Of a DNA stretch of 64,000 bases, positions 23,949-36,600 are shown in pieces. The stretch is taken from assembly GCA_950097015.1 (NCBI GenBank), contig CATNEN010000039.1, positions 17,360,001 through 17,424,000 on the forward strand, given 5' to 3'. Source of the DNA: Macrostomum hystrix. Lineage: Eukaryota; Animalia; Platyhelminthes. The notes under the pieces are model-generated. The model was not told the DNA's origin and ran no database searches. It was given only the letters and a program-made list of their open reading frames with translations. A program made the translations under genes and the position numbers. The number at the start of each line of letters is the position of its first letter. Within the stretch, counting starts at the first letter, position 1.

Positions 23949-25227
23949 TGGGCAATAGAGAACCAAGAATCGATTGGGTTGCTGATACTATGATTTCGCG
24001 CAGAAATTATTGCGAAACATGAATTCATAAATCAATGAGTAGAAATGCATTCGCATAAGTAGCAAAAGGAACTGAACGGCAGAATCAGAAAAGAATGTCT
24101 TTTTGCTTCAGTAGACACATTAATCGAGCATTCGCACATTTCAGAATGACAAATTTCGGTCGTATTATTTGCTTTGTGAAATCTTTGATTAGTAAGTTTC
24201 TATGGGGCAGCTCAGTGGATTAGCTTGTGGTAAGACCGGGCACTGCTGATTAGGTCACGACAGATCGAATTCTTCTCAGAACCAGACCTTGAACAGGGAC
24301 CAGCTCTGGTCTCTATTTATAGGTTTTCTGGTTGAGCTATAAAACTCGTCTGCGTCAGTTTTTGAACTAAAATAAATCAGCTATGCCAAAATCTTGCCTC
24401 ACGCTGAGTCTCCACGCAAAACACCGACTAGTTTGTGACTGGGTACCTCACTGCAGTACAGACCGCACTTGGACATATTAGGACCTTTCAAATCTAGTGT
24501 GACGCCAGCCAGCCAGGTGAGGCTGTGGTCACATGACTTACCTGGCGATAATCTGCAACAATCCGGCTGCCAGACGATAACAGCAAGGCGGCAGCTGGTG
24601 GACTTGACCGCGGTGATAATATAGCCGTGTTGGAAGACGGGCGGGCAGGCGGAGGTTGGTAGGTAGGAGCCGGCGCGTGAGACTGGTCCACAACGGAAAG
24701 AAGAGAATAGGAGAAGATATTTCCTATACTGCTTCCCTCTTATTGGTTGGCTTGGCGAGTGCGGCTGATGCGAGCAGTGCAAAGGAAACTGAAGCCTCCG
24801 AAACTTGGTCTTTAGCTGCAAACTCCAACTGCCAGCAAATTCTCTCTTCTCTCTCTCTCTCTCAACGGAGCCAGTTCTAGCTAGTGAGAGCAAACAAGAC
24901 CATCGCTGGGGGTCTCACACACACACACACACACACACAAGCTGCTGCCCCACTCACCTGGTAATGTTTGATTACACAATATTGAGATGCGAGCAATGCA
25001 AGCAAATTGGGGGCAGAGAGCTGAGGCGGAGAGGCGGCTGTCACTCAGTCACTATGAATGATTGACGCCCTCAACTTCACCTCCAACTGCGCTGCCAAAT
25101 CCTGATAACTGAGGCCATGATTACTCTATTTTTAAGTAATATTTCAGCATACAGCAATCAGAAATCATTCTAGAATCAAAGCTGCTCTAACAGAGTCTGA
25201 AACCTACTTTTAGCCTCCTATTATCCA

Positions 25228-25314
25228 TCATCTACCCTCCTTCTACCCTCCTTCTACCCTCCTTCTACCCTCCTTCTACCCTCCTTCTACCCTCCTTCTG
25301 CCCTCCTTCTACCC
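25228..25314 (+). repeat. 12-bp repeat (CCTTCTACCCTC)n
   Basis: About 7 tandem copies. Confidence 0.9.
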
Positions 25315-25804
25315 AATTCACCCCTTCTTCTAGAAAAACATTTTTACCCCAAATGACCTTTATAGTCAAATCCTGATGTTCCTATGCTCCAGTTTCCGCA
25401 CTATCAACATCAATTCAAACCTAGTTCCATGACTTCAGTGTTTCAAATATTTTTATTGGTCATCTAGGCAGAGTTAATTTGCGCAGCCGAAACTAAATTG
25501 TAAAATAAAGGCGCAGTTGAGGTTAGAGCAATCGATCGATTTCTGGTCTGACAAACCTGGGAAAAAACTGCGTGCAAAAAAATGGTATGCCGCAATTCCA
25601 TATTTTATACCTTGGCTGTTAACTGCGAGGCCCAATTTCAAGACAACGAGGCTAAATCGATAAATAACAGGCCCAACAGATGCTATTTGGTATGGAAGTA
25701 CACGGCTAGAATGCAAAATGCTGAACTGTGCCCTTAAATAACGCTTCTAGCTGGGACTGTCGTTTGTCAATCTGAGTTGTAGTATCAGGCTTTTAGAATT
25801 GTGC

Positions 25805-27033
25805 AGAATAGAGTGAAGAGTAGAGTTGACTGGAGAGTAGAATTGAATGAAGCGTAGAGTTGACTAGAGAGTAGAATTGAGTGAAGCGTAGAGTTGACTA
25901 GAGAGTACAATAGAGTAAAGAGTAGAGTTGACTAGAGAGTAGAATAGAGTAAAGAGTAGAGTTGACTAGAGAGTAGAATTGAGTGAAGCGTAGAGTTGAC
26001 TAGAGAGTAGAATAGAGTGAAGAGTAGAGTTGACTAGAGAGTAGAATAGAGTGAAGAGTAGAGTTGACTAGAGAGTAGAATAGAGTAAAGAGTAGAGTTG
26101 ACTAGAGAGTAGAATTGAGTGAAGCGTAGAGTTGACTAGAGAGTAGAATAGAGTGAAGAGTAGAGTTGACTAGAGAGTAGAATAGAGTGAAGAGTAGAGT
26201 TGACTAGAGAGTACAATAGAGTGAAGAGTAGAGTTGACTAGAGAGTAGAATAGAGTAAAGAGTAGAGTTGACTAGAGAGTAGAATTGAGTGAAGAGTAGA
26301 GTTGACTGGAGAGTAGAATAGAGTGAAGAGTAGAGTTGACTAGAGAGTAGAATAGAGTGAAGAGTAGAGTTGACTAGAGAGTAGAATAGACTGAAGAGTA
26401 GAGTTGACTGGAGAGTAGAATAGAGTGAAGAGTAGAGTTGACTAGAGAGTAGAATAGACTGAAGAGTAGAGTTGACTAGAGAGTAGAATAGACTGAAGAG
26501 TAGAGTTGACTGGAGAGTAGAATAGAGTGAAGAGTAGAGTTGACTAGAGAGTAGAATAGACTGAAGAGTAGAGTTGACTGGAGAGTAGAATAGACTGAAG
26601 AGTAGAGTTGACTGGAGAGTAGAATAGAGTGAAGAGTAGAGTTGACTAGAGAGTAGAATAGACTGAAGAGTAGAGTTGACTGGAGAGTAGAATAGAGTGA
26701 AGAGTAGAGTTGACTAGAGAGTAGAATAGAGTGAAGAGTAGAGTTGACTGGAGAGTAGAATAGAGTGAAGAGTAGAGTTGACTAGAGAGTAGAATAGACT
26801 GAAGAGTAGAGTTGACTGGAGAGTAGAATAGACTGAAGAGTAGAGTTGACTGGAGAGTAGAATAGAGTGAAGAGTAGAGTTGACTAGAGAGTAGAATAGA
26901 GTGAAGAGTAGAGTTGACTAGAGAGTAGAATAGAGTGAAGAGTAGAGTTGACTAGAGAGTAGAATAGAGTGAAGAGTAGAGTTGACTAGAGAGTAGAATA
27001 GACTGAAGAGTAGAGTTGACTAGAGAGTAGAAT
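25805..27033 (+). repeat. 34-bp minisatellite (AGAATAGAGTGAAGAGT-AGAGTTGACTAGAGAGT)n
   Basis: About 36 copies; the unit is a dimer of two diverged 17-mers. Confidence 0.97.
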
Positions 27034-27417
27034 CTGACATATTACATGTGGATGTCAGATGCGTTGCTACATTACGGAGTTGGGAGTAAAATCGATCCCT
27101 CGCAGCACGTCGGCGGCGGGCAGGCGGAGATCCATCGAGAATGAAGCAACAGCAAACTGCGCATATTAAAAAGCTCCCCCCTAGCAGCAGAGAAGGGCAG
27201 ACACCCGATGTTAGCTGCAGTCTATCGACTTTTTTCACCAAAGCCTTTTGGGGGCTGGCTGGCGTTGCAATTAGATACAATAATTGCACTTTTTACAATT
27301 CTCGTGGCTGAGACTGAATGGATCGCAAAACTGTAGGCACTTGGCTGCCTTTGGGAGGAATGCAAACATTGTTACTGTAGGGGATTACGGATGGTTACTG
27401 TAAGATCCTGGTAGTAA

Positions 27418-30325
27418 CAGACAGTGAGTTACAGGCACCGTTACAGATACATATACAGACACAATTATAGACACCGTTACAGAGACAGTTACAGACACAG
27501 TTACAGACACAGTTACAGATACAGTTACAGAGACAGTTACAGACACAGTTACAGACACAGTTACCGACACAGTTACAGACACAGTTACAGACACAGTTAC
27601 AGACACAGTTACAGATACAGTTACAGAGACAGTTACAGACACAGTTACAGACACAGTTACAGATACAGTTACAGATGCAGTTACAGACACAGTTACAGAC
27701 ACAGTTACAGACACAGTTACAGACACAGTTACAGACACAGTTACAGAGACAGTTACAGACACAGTTACAGAGACAGTTACAGATACAGTTACAGGCATCG
27801 TTACAGGCACCGTTACAGAGACAGTTACAGACACAGTTACAGACACAGTTACAGATACAGTTACAGAGACAGTTACAGACACAGTTACAGATACAGTTAC
27901 AGATACAGTTACAGATACAGTTACAGAGACAGTTACAGACACAGTTACAGAGACAGTTACAGACACAGTTACAGACACAGTTACAGATACAGTTACAGAT
28001 ACAGTTACAGACACAGTTACAGACACAGTTACAGACACAGTTACAGACACAGTTACAGATACAGTTACAGATACAGTTACAGACACAGTTACAGACACAG
28101 TTACAGACACAGTTACAGGCATCGTTACAGGCACCGTTACAGAGACAGTTACAGACACAGTTACAGACACAGTTACAGATACAGCTACAGAGACAGTTAC
28201 AGACACAGTTACCGACACAGTTACAGACACAGTTACAGACACAATTACCGACACAGTTGCCGACACAGTTACAGATACAGTTACAGAGACAGTTACAGAC
28301 ACAGTTACAGAGACAGTTACAGACACAGTTACAGACACAGTTACAGACACAATTACCGACCAGTTACAGACACAATTACAGACACAGTTACAGACACAGT
28401 TACCGACACAGTTGCCGACACAGTTACATATACAGTTACAGAGACAGTTACAGACACAGTTACAGAGACAGTTACAGACACAGTTACAGATACAGTTACA
28501 GAGACAGTTACAGAGACAGTTACAGACACAGTTACAGGCATCGTTACAGGCACCGTTACAGAGACAGTTACAGACACAGTTACAGACACAGTTACAGATA
28601 CAGCTACAGAGACAGTTACAGACACAGTTACAGACACAGTTACAGACACAGTTACAGACACAGTTACCGACACAGTTACAGATACAGTTACAGACACAGT
28701 TACAGACACAGTTACAGATACAGTTACAGACACAGTTACAGACACAGTTACAGACACAGTTACCGACACAGTTACAGACACAGTTACAGACACAGTTACA
28801 GACACAGTTACAGACACAGTTACAGACACAATTACCGACACAGTTGCCGACACAGTTACAGATACAGTTACAGAGACAGTTACAGACACAGTTACAGAGA
28901 CAGTTACAGACACAGTTACAGACACAGTTACAGACACAATTGCCGACCAGTTACAGACACAATTACAGACACAGTTACAGACACAGTTACCGACACAGTT
29001 GCCGACACAGTTACATATACAGTTACAGAGACAGTTACAGACACAGTTACAGAGACAGTTACAGAGACAGTTACAGATACAGTTACAGAGACAGTTACAG
29101 AGACAGTTACAGACACAGTTACAGGCATCGTTACAGGCACCGTTACAGAGACAGTTACAGACACAGTTACAGACACAGTTACAGATACAGCTACAGAGAC
29201 AGTTACAGACACAGTTACAGACACAGTTACAGACACAGTTACCGACACAGTTACCGACACAGTTACAGACACAGTTACAGACACAGTTACAGACACAGTT
29301 ACAGATACAGTTACAGACACAGTTACAGACACAGTTACAGACACAGTTACCGACACAGTTACAGACACAGTTACAGACACAGTTACAGACACAGTTACAG
29401 ACACAGTTACAGACACAGTTACAGACACAGTTACAGACACAGTTACAGACACAGTTACAGACACAGTTACCGACACAGTTACAGACACAATTACAGACCA
29501 GTTACAGACACAGTTACAGACACAATTACAGACCAGTTACAGACACAGTTACAGACACAATTACAGACACAGTTACAGACACAGTTACCGACACAGTTAC
29601 CGACACAGTTACAGATACAGTTACAGATACAGTTACAGAGACAGTTACAGACACAGTTACAGGCATCGTTACAGGCACCGTTACAGAGACAGTTACAGAC
29701 ACAGTTACAGACACAGTTACAGATACAGTTACAGATACAGTTACAGAGACAGTTACAGACACAGTTACAGAGACAGTTACAAACACAGTTACAGGCATCG
29801 TTACAGGCACCGTTACAGAGACAGTTACAGACACAGTTACAGACACAGTTACAGGCATCGTTACAGGCACCGTTACAGAGACAGTTACAGACACAGTTAC
29901 AGACACAGTTACAGATACAGTTACAGAGACAGTTACAGACACAGTTACAGACACAGTTACAGACACAGTTACAGACACAGTTACAGACACAGTTACAGAC
30001 ACAATTACAGACCAGTTACAGACACAATTACAGACACAATTACAGACACAGTTACAGACACAGTTACCGACACAGTTACCGACACAGTTACAGATACAGT
30101 TACAGAGACGGTTACAGACACAGTTACAGACACAGTTACAGATACAGTTACAGACACAGTTACAGACACAGTTACCGACACAGTTACAGACACTGTTACA
30201 GACACAGTTACAGACATAATTACCGACACAGTTACCGGCACAGTTACTGACACAATTACCGACACAGTTACAGACACAATTACAGACACAGTTACAGACA
30301 CAGTTACAAACACAGTTACAGGCAC
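27418..30325 (+). repeat. 12-bp minisatellite (ACAGTTACAGAC)n with an ~587-bp higher-order duplication
   Basis: About 240 copies. The deletion variant AATT(A/G)CCGACCAGTTACAG recurs at 28351 and 28938, and GGCATCGTTACAGGCACC blocks recur. Confidence 0.97.
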
Positions 30326-31046
30326 TGAGTTAAAGATGGAATTGCAGGCAATGAAATCGAAAAGAAAAATTATAAATATAAGCTATCTCATTTTTTCGCA
30401 AAATTAAATATAAAGCCTGACTCAAGTCTAGCATCGTTGAATCTTCTAGCGTCTTCCAGTCTAGTAGACTCAGTTGAGTGAATTAGTTTTAAGAATTAAC
30501 AGTTCCACCACACACACACGGGTATAATGGTAGAGAAAGCACGAAATAGTATTGTTTGGAACCTCAGACAGATAGGTGTGCAGTGTTTGAATTCGCTTTT
30601 TGCTTGTCAACCGGCTTTCTCACCCCCGCCAAAGTTGAGCACAGTTGAGCACAGTTAAGCAATACCGAATCACAATTGATTAGTGTTTGCCGAGTTTTTG
30701 TTGTTTTAGGTTTCGGAGAAAATTTAGTTGGTGTTTTACTGTGTGCCGAAGACAAACTAGCTTTCGTAAAGCAAATTCAACTAAAATGATTTGAAATCTT
30801 TGAGTAAGACTGGGCGGTGAATATAAGCTCTAGCTTGGCCTGTCAATATAATTATGATAACCGTTTAATCAGTCGGTTTGTTAAACATCACCAAACGACC
30901 TACGTGAAGGGCCGCATCTATTCAACATAGAGTGGAGAGTCGGAGCTAAATACAAATTTTAGACAACTTAATGCACATCATTTCAGATGCAGAAAATAAT
31001 GCCACAACAATTGCCTTCATTGTTGATTTACCACTAAGATTTAAGA

Positions 31047-31642
31047 ATAACTAGAACAGGTGTTCGATAACTAGAACAGGTGTTCGATAACTAGAACAGG
31101 TGTTCGATAACTAGAACAGGTGTTCGATTACTAGAACAGGTGTTCGATTACTAGAACAGGTGTTCGATTACTAGAACAGGTGTTCGATTACTAGAACAGG
31201 TGTTCGATTACTAGAACAGGTGTTCGATAACTAGAACAGGGGTTCGATTACTAGAACAGGTGTTCGATTACTAGAACAGGTGTTCGATTACTAGAATAGG
31301 TGTTCGATTACTAGAACAGGTGTTCGATTACTAGAACATGTGTTAGATAGTTATAACTGGTGTTAAATACCTAGAACAGGTGGTACATAACTAAAACAGG
31401 TGTTATACAACTAGAACGGGTTGTAGATAACTAGAACAGGTGTTATATAACTAGAACAGGTGATTAATAGCTAGAACGGGTGATAGGTAACTAGAACATA
31501 TGTTAGATAACTAGAACAAGTGTTATATAACTAGAACAGGTGATTAATAGCTAGAACGGGTGATAGGTAACTAGAACAGATGTTAGATAACTAGAACAAG
31601 TGCTATATAACTAGAACAGGTGATTGATAACTAGAACAGGTG
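31047..31642 (+). repeat. 20-bp minisatellite (CTAGAACAGGTGTTCGATTA)n
   Basis: About 30 copies, homogeneous in the 5' half and degenerate in the 3' half; the core GAACA-GG-TGTTC is an inverted repeat. Confidence 0.95.
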
Positions 31643-32065
31643 AATATTTAATAACCGTGTCTTCGACGTGAAAGCCTGAAATCTTCTGTCCTAATTGAAA
31701 GAAACAAATTTCTAGCTAGCCAGTCTACTAGTCACAGCAGAAGCGCACTGCATTGCAAAGCTAATTTTGAACAGCTCAGGTGTGTTCAAAGAATGATTGG
31801 CCAATCTACTGTCGACGTTTAAACAGGCGAGACCCAAATTTCATGAATGCACGGAATAGGAACGCTTGCGAATTTCCTCGCTCCAGCTGCTCAGAAAAAC
31901 AAAGGCAAGATTATAGAAAAACGTGCAGTTCTTTTTTGTTGCTATCCCTCGTGTGACTCTAATGCATTCAGTTTGTTACTGAAGTTCCATACCATTTCAA
32001 GTAGTAATGCACGCTTGTTTTTATAAGTTTTCAAGAAAATACAAGAATCATATAATCTAGAACTC

Positions 32066-32315
32066 TAGAAATCCATAGTCAGAATCGCAGCAGGATCCAT
32101 AGTCAGAATCGCAGCAGGATCCATAGTCAGAATCGCAGCAAGATTTACAGTCAGAATCGCAGCAAGATTTGCAGTCAGAATCGCAGCAAGATTTACTGTC
32201 AGAATCGCAGCAAGGTTTACAGTCAGAATCGCAGTAAGATCCATAGTCAGAATCGCAGCAAGATTTGCAGTCACAATCGCAGCAAGACTTACAGTCGGAA
32301 TCGCAGCAGGATCCT
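32066..32315 (+). repeat. 24-bp repeat (TAGTCAGAATCGCAGCAGGATCCA)n
   Basis: About 10 copies. Confidence 0.9.
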
Positions 32316-32323
32316 AATCGAAA

Positions 32324-32600
32324 CTAATTGTCCCTGCTTCGATTCCTGATATCCCCTGCTTTGATTCTAATTGTCCCTCCTTCGATACTAATTGTCCCTG
32401 CTTCGATACTAATTGTCCCTGCTTCGATTTTTAATATCCCCTGCTTCGATACTAATTGTCCCTGCTTCGATTCTTATTGTCCCTGCTTCGGTTCTAAAAG
32501 TCCATGCTTCGATTATAATTTTTTTCTTCGATTCTTGCTGATCCATCTTCGATTCTAGTTGTCCATGCTTCGATTCTGATTTTTCCTGTTTCGATTCCAA
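32324..32600 (+). repeat. ~21-bp repeat (TGTCCCTGCTTCGATACTAAT)n
   Basis: About 12 degenerate copies directly abutting the 24-bp array. Confidence 0.88.
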
Positions 32601-33347
32601 TTTTCGCTATTTTATATTTTAAATTTTACTCTGCCTAAATTCAAAATTCAAAATATCCTCCTCTAGAATATCCCTAGTTGTGACACTTGCTTCGATTCCT
32701 AAAATGTCTTCTAAAGAGGAATCTAGTAAAGCCAACTAGCCAAATTGATCACGAAGAGCAGACCAAATTGGGTGCCCAAAAGGCAGCGCGTGTACACTTT
32801 CAGAGCAACAGCCTAACCTAGAAAATGGAGAGATCGAGATAAACACGGCGATATAGAATTAGAATTAGAACACTGAGCCAGAGACAGAGAGGGAGGGAGA
32901 AAGAGTAGGAGAGTACGTGCCGCAGCGCTCAGCCAGTCAGTACAGTGCTGCTAGGATCCCAGCGCATCATACATGGCTGGCAGTCAGGCCTTGCAGAGAG
33001 ATGGGGGTTGGTCATCCTGTCCAGAGCTAAGGGTGCGGGAGAATCAGGGGGGGTAGTAAAACCGCCACCCCAAGGCCCAGCCAATGCACAGTTAGGAGGC
33101 CTATGCATTTGTGATGGGGGTTGGGCGCCAGGGACCACTGGGTGCATGAATTCCCTTTCGTGACTGTGTAGTGCAATTCGCACAGCTGTTCGCTTTAGAA
33201 AATTTATTTAATTACCCACCGAGGCCGACCAAAATCGAGCATCTGAAACGCGGGACGGAAGGCAATAAGGACAGTAACAACGGCTCGAAGAACAGCAGCA
33301 GGACGATCTCATACGAGTTGAAGAGAAGATTTTGGTAAGAAAAATTA

Positions 33348-33612
33348 AAGACAAACAGAATGACAGTCAGACAGAAGCACAGACAGACAGACAGATGGAA
33401 GGACTGACAGCCAGTCAGAAAGTCAGAAATACAGACTGACAGACAGACAGAAATACAGACTGACAGACAGACAGAAATACAGACTGACAGACAGACAGAA
33501 ATACAGACTGACAGACAGACAGAAATACAGACTGACAGACAGACAGTCAGAAAGACAGACAGACAGAAGCAGTGATAGACGGAAGGACAGACAGGCAGAC
33601 AGAGATAGTCTG
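33348..33612 (+). repeat. (CAGA)n-derived repeat with a 24-bp superperiod
   Basis: AGAAATACAGACTGACAGACAGAC x5 plus flanking CAGA runs. Confidence 0.88.
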
Positions 33613-33669
33613 ACTTGACTCTTCCACACAGACTCGCACCAGAGGCACTGCAGCTGAAGTCCGATCACG

Positions 33670-36600
33670 ATGGCACTGGATGGCGGCTGGGGCTGGGTGG
33701 TGGTGCTGTCCAGCTTCATGCTACACGTCATCATCGATGGCATCAGCTACGCGTTCGGCGTGCTGGCCGCCGACCTAGTCAAAGAGCTGGGCTCAACGCG
33801 CCAGCTGAACGGCTGGATCGCCTCGACAATGGTCGGAGTGACGCTGGCAGGAGGTCCGGTCGCCGGCGCGGTCAGCGCCAGGTTCGGCTTCCGGGCGGCG
33901 GCTCTGGCAGGCTCTGTCGTGGCCGCAGCCGGGTTCGCAGCCTCTTACTTTGTTGATGAGGCATGGCAACTGATTGTAACGGTTGGGTGCTTGGTTGGTA
34001 AGTGACTATGCGGCTAGAACAACGGTCAGTGCAAGACTCTATCAGGAAAATAGTCTTCCCGAATTAGGTAGCCTCATTTTTATTAAATAATTTTACATTT
34101 TTCCGTTAGTATTTTTGTTACGCTTTTTTCTTAATTTACATTTGTTCGCCATTTACTCCTGAATGTACATTCTTTCCATGTTCTTCTGAATGTACTCGTA
34201 CATTCGTTATCTTTTCTTCTGAATGTACATTCGTTTCCTGTAATTCTTCTAAATGTACATTCGTTCCCTGTTCTTCTGAATGTACATTCGTTTCCTGTAA
34301 TTCTTCTAAATGTACATTCGTTCCCTGTTCTTCTAAATGTACATTCGTTCCCTGTTCTTCTAAATGTACATTCGTTCCCTGTTCTTCTGAATGTACATTC
34401 GTTTCCTGTAATTCTTCTAAATGTACATTCGTTCCCTGTAATTCTTCTAAATGTACATTCGTTCCCTGTTCTTCTGAATGTACATTCTTCCCCTGTTATT
34501 CTGAATGTACACTCGTTATCTGTTCTTCTGAATGTACATTCGTCCCATTTAACTCCTGAATGTACATTCGTTCTCTAATTTTGTTCTGAATGTACATTCA
34601 GTGTACGCGTCACGTTTCTTTCTGAATGTACATAGTCCGTCCCGTTCCCCGATTTAGCCAACATCTGTCTGCGCCCTTCATTCCTATTCTTAATATTTCT
34701 TAATAATGTTAGACTCGCTGAAGGTAGCAGGAACTATTCTCTCGCTTCCTTATTAAGGCGGATTGCAAAGAGCCGACTTAGCAGGATTAGTTGGCAGATT
34801 TTGATGAATGAAGTTTTCAAGCAAGCCTGCATATAGCCAGTAGTATTAATCGCTACTTGTTGTAGGGCCACCATTAATTGAAAATTTCTAGAGCCCTGTT
34901 TGTTTCTAGAAGCTATAGTTTTTTGTTGCTGGAAAAGCATACTATGTCTTCTACTCAACAATATAAGGAAGAGTAAATTACGATTTTAGGTTTTGGAATG
35001 AGCCTCATTTACCTGCCAGCTATTATCTGCGTCGGTATCTACTTTGACAAGTACAGATCCACCGCCATAGGCATAGCTGTATGCGGTTCTGGAGTTGGTG
35101 AGCAAGTTTTTTTTTCTTGGATAGCAATCTCTCACCCTAGTATGTACGCTCGTACATTCCCCAGCCAACCCTCCCCGCAATCTCCCACCCTAGTATGTAC
35201 GCTCGTACATACCCCAGCCAACCCTCCCCGCAATCTCTCACCCTAGTATGTACGCTCGTACATTCCCCAGCCAACCCTCCCCGCAATCTCTCACCCTAGT
35301 ATGTACGCTCGTACGTACCCCAGCCAACCCTCCCCGCAATCTCTCACCCTAAGTGTGTACTTACCCCAGCCAACCCTCCCCACAATCTCTCACCCTAAGT
35401 GTGTACATACCCCAGTCAACCCTCCCCACAATCTCTCACCCTAAGTGTGTACATGCCCCAGCCAATCCTCCCACAATCTCTCACCCTTAGGTGTGAACAT
35501 CGCCCTGCCAACCCTCCCACAATCTATTCAATAAAACCCCATTGTCAACCTGCCAGGCACGCTGGCAATGAGCCCCCTAATCAGTTTCCTACTGCAAGAG
35601 TACACATGGCGCGGCACAATGCTGATCTTATCGGCTGCTGTTCTACAATGCGCCGTCTTTGCCGCCCTATTCCGGCCGTTAAAACTTGGCGCTGTGCCCC
35701 AGTCGCCGGAACCAGCTGATGAAGACAAACGATTTAACACAGAAAACGATTTAACACAGCAGCAGCTGCAGCAGCCTCTGTTACCGTTGAACGCGCCGAT
35801 AAACCGAAGAGCCTCAGCTGACGAAGGCTGCGAAGACGTTCGGTCTCTCCTGATCCCAGTTTTAGCTTTTGAGCATCAGCCGCAGCAGCAGAAAACTGGG
35901 TAATGGCCTCACTTCCATGTGATTGAGTTAGGAGCGGGGGAAAACTCAACTTCCAAACTTTCTCTGATGCGCACTGAGAAGTCACTCTATTATTTAGAAG
36001 ATTTCGCATGCAATCCTTCGTCCTTCATCTAAGCCAAGCCCTAGTTGAAGTCCTATTTCTAATTATATAGAAATTAAGGGTTGAAGGGTTGCGCGCACAG
36101 ATCACATTCTGTGACAGTAGATCCGCGGCCAGCGAAGGTAATGCTGCTCATTCCGCTGAGTTCTAAATACGAGAAACACGTAGAAACACGAATACCATAG
36201 ATATAGCGTCTGACTCCGAGAATACAGATAGGCAGGCACACGCTCACACAGCCATAGAATTAATTGCTAAGGTGGAACTACAAAGGGGAGAAATGTATAA
36301 TATTTCCCATTTAAGGCTCGAGGCGCAAATTTAGTGACCGAGGCGAAGCCCAGGTCAATGAATGTCGCGCCTAGTACTGTGTATTGTGGGAATACATCCT
36401 TAATTCCCCCGACAATTATTGCGCTGCACCCGAACGGAGCAACGCAAGCACACGAAACTCAAGAACGCGGGCCAACTTTTTGTTGCGCATCTTCTAAAAC
36501 AAGAATCAAGGCGCCAGCTCTTCAGACCGTCGAGATATTCAATGGTTTTAAACGAAGGTCAAATTTTTTCCAGTGTATTTCATACAACCCCATGAGCGAA

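Noticed and set aside
22228-30407. Long QSTLI/SVYSH/TVTD/SYRH/QLQT ORFs resembling adhesive or mucin proteins
   Set aside because: They are products of the 15- and 12-bp arrays; monomer indels shift frames freely, and there is no signal peptide or splice context.
31047-31642. CRISPR-like palindromic repeats (also 34158-34632 and 61028-61136)
   Set aside because: Units are head-to-tail with no unique spacers, there are no cas genes, and the context is eukaryotic with introns.
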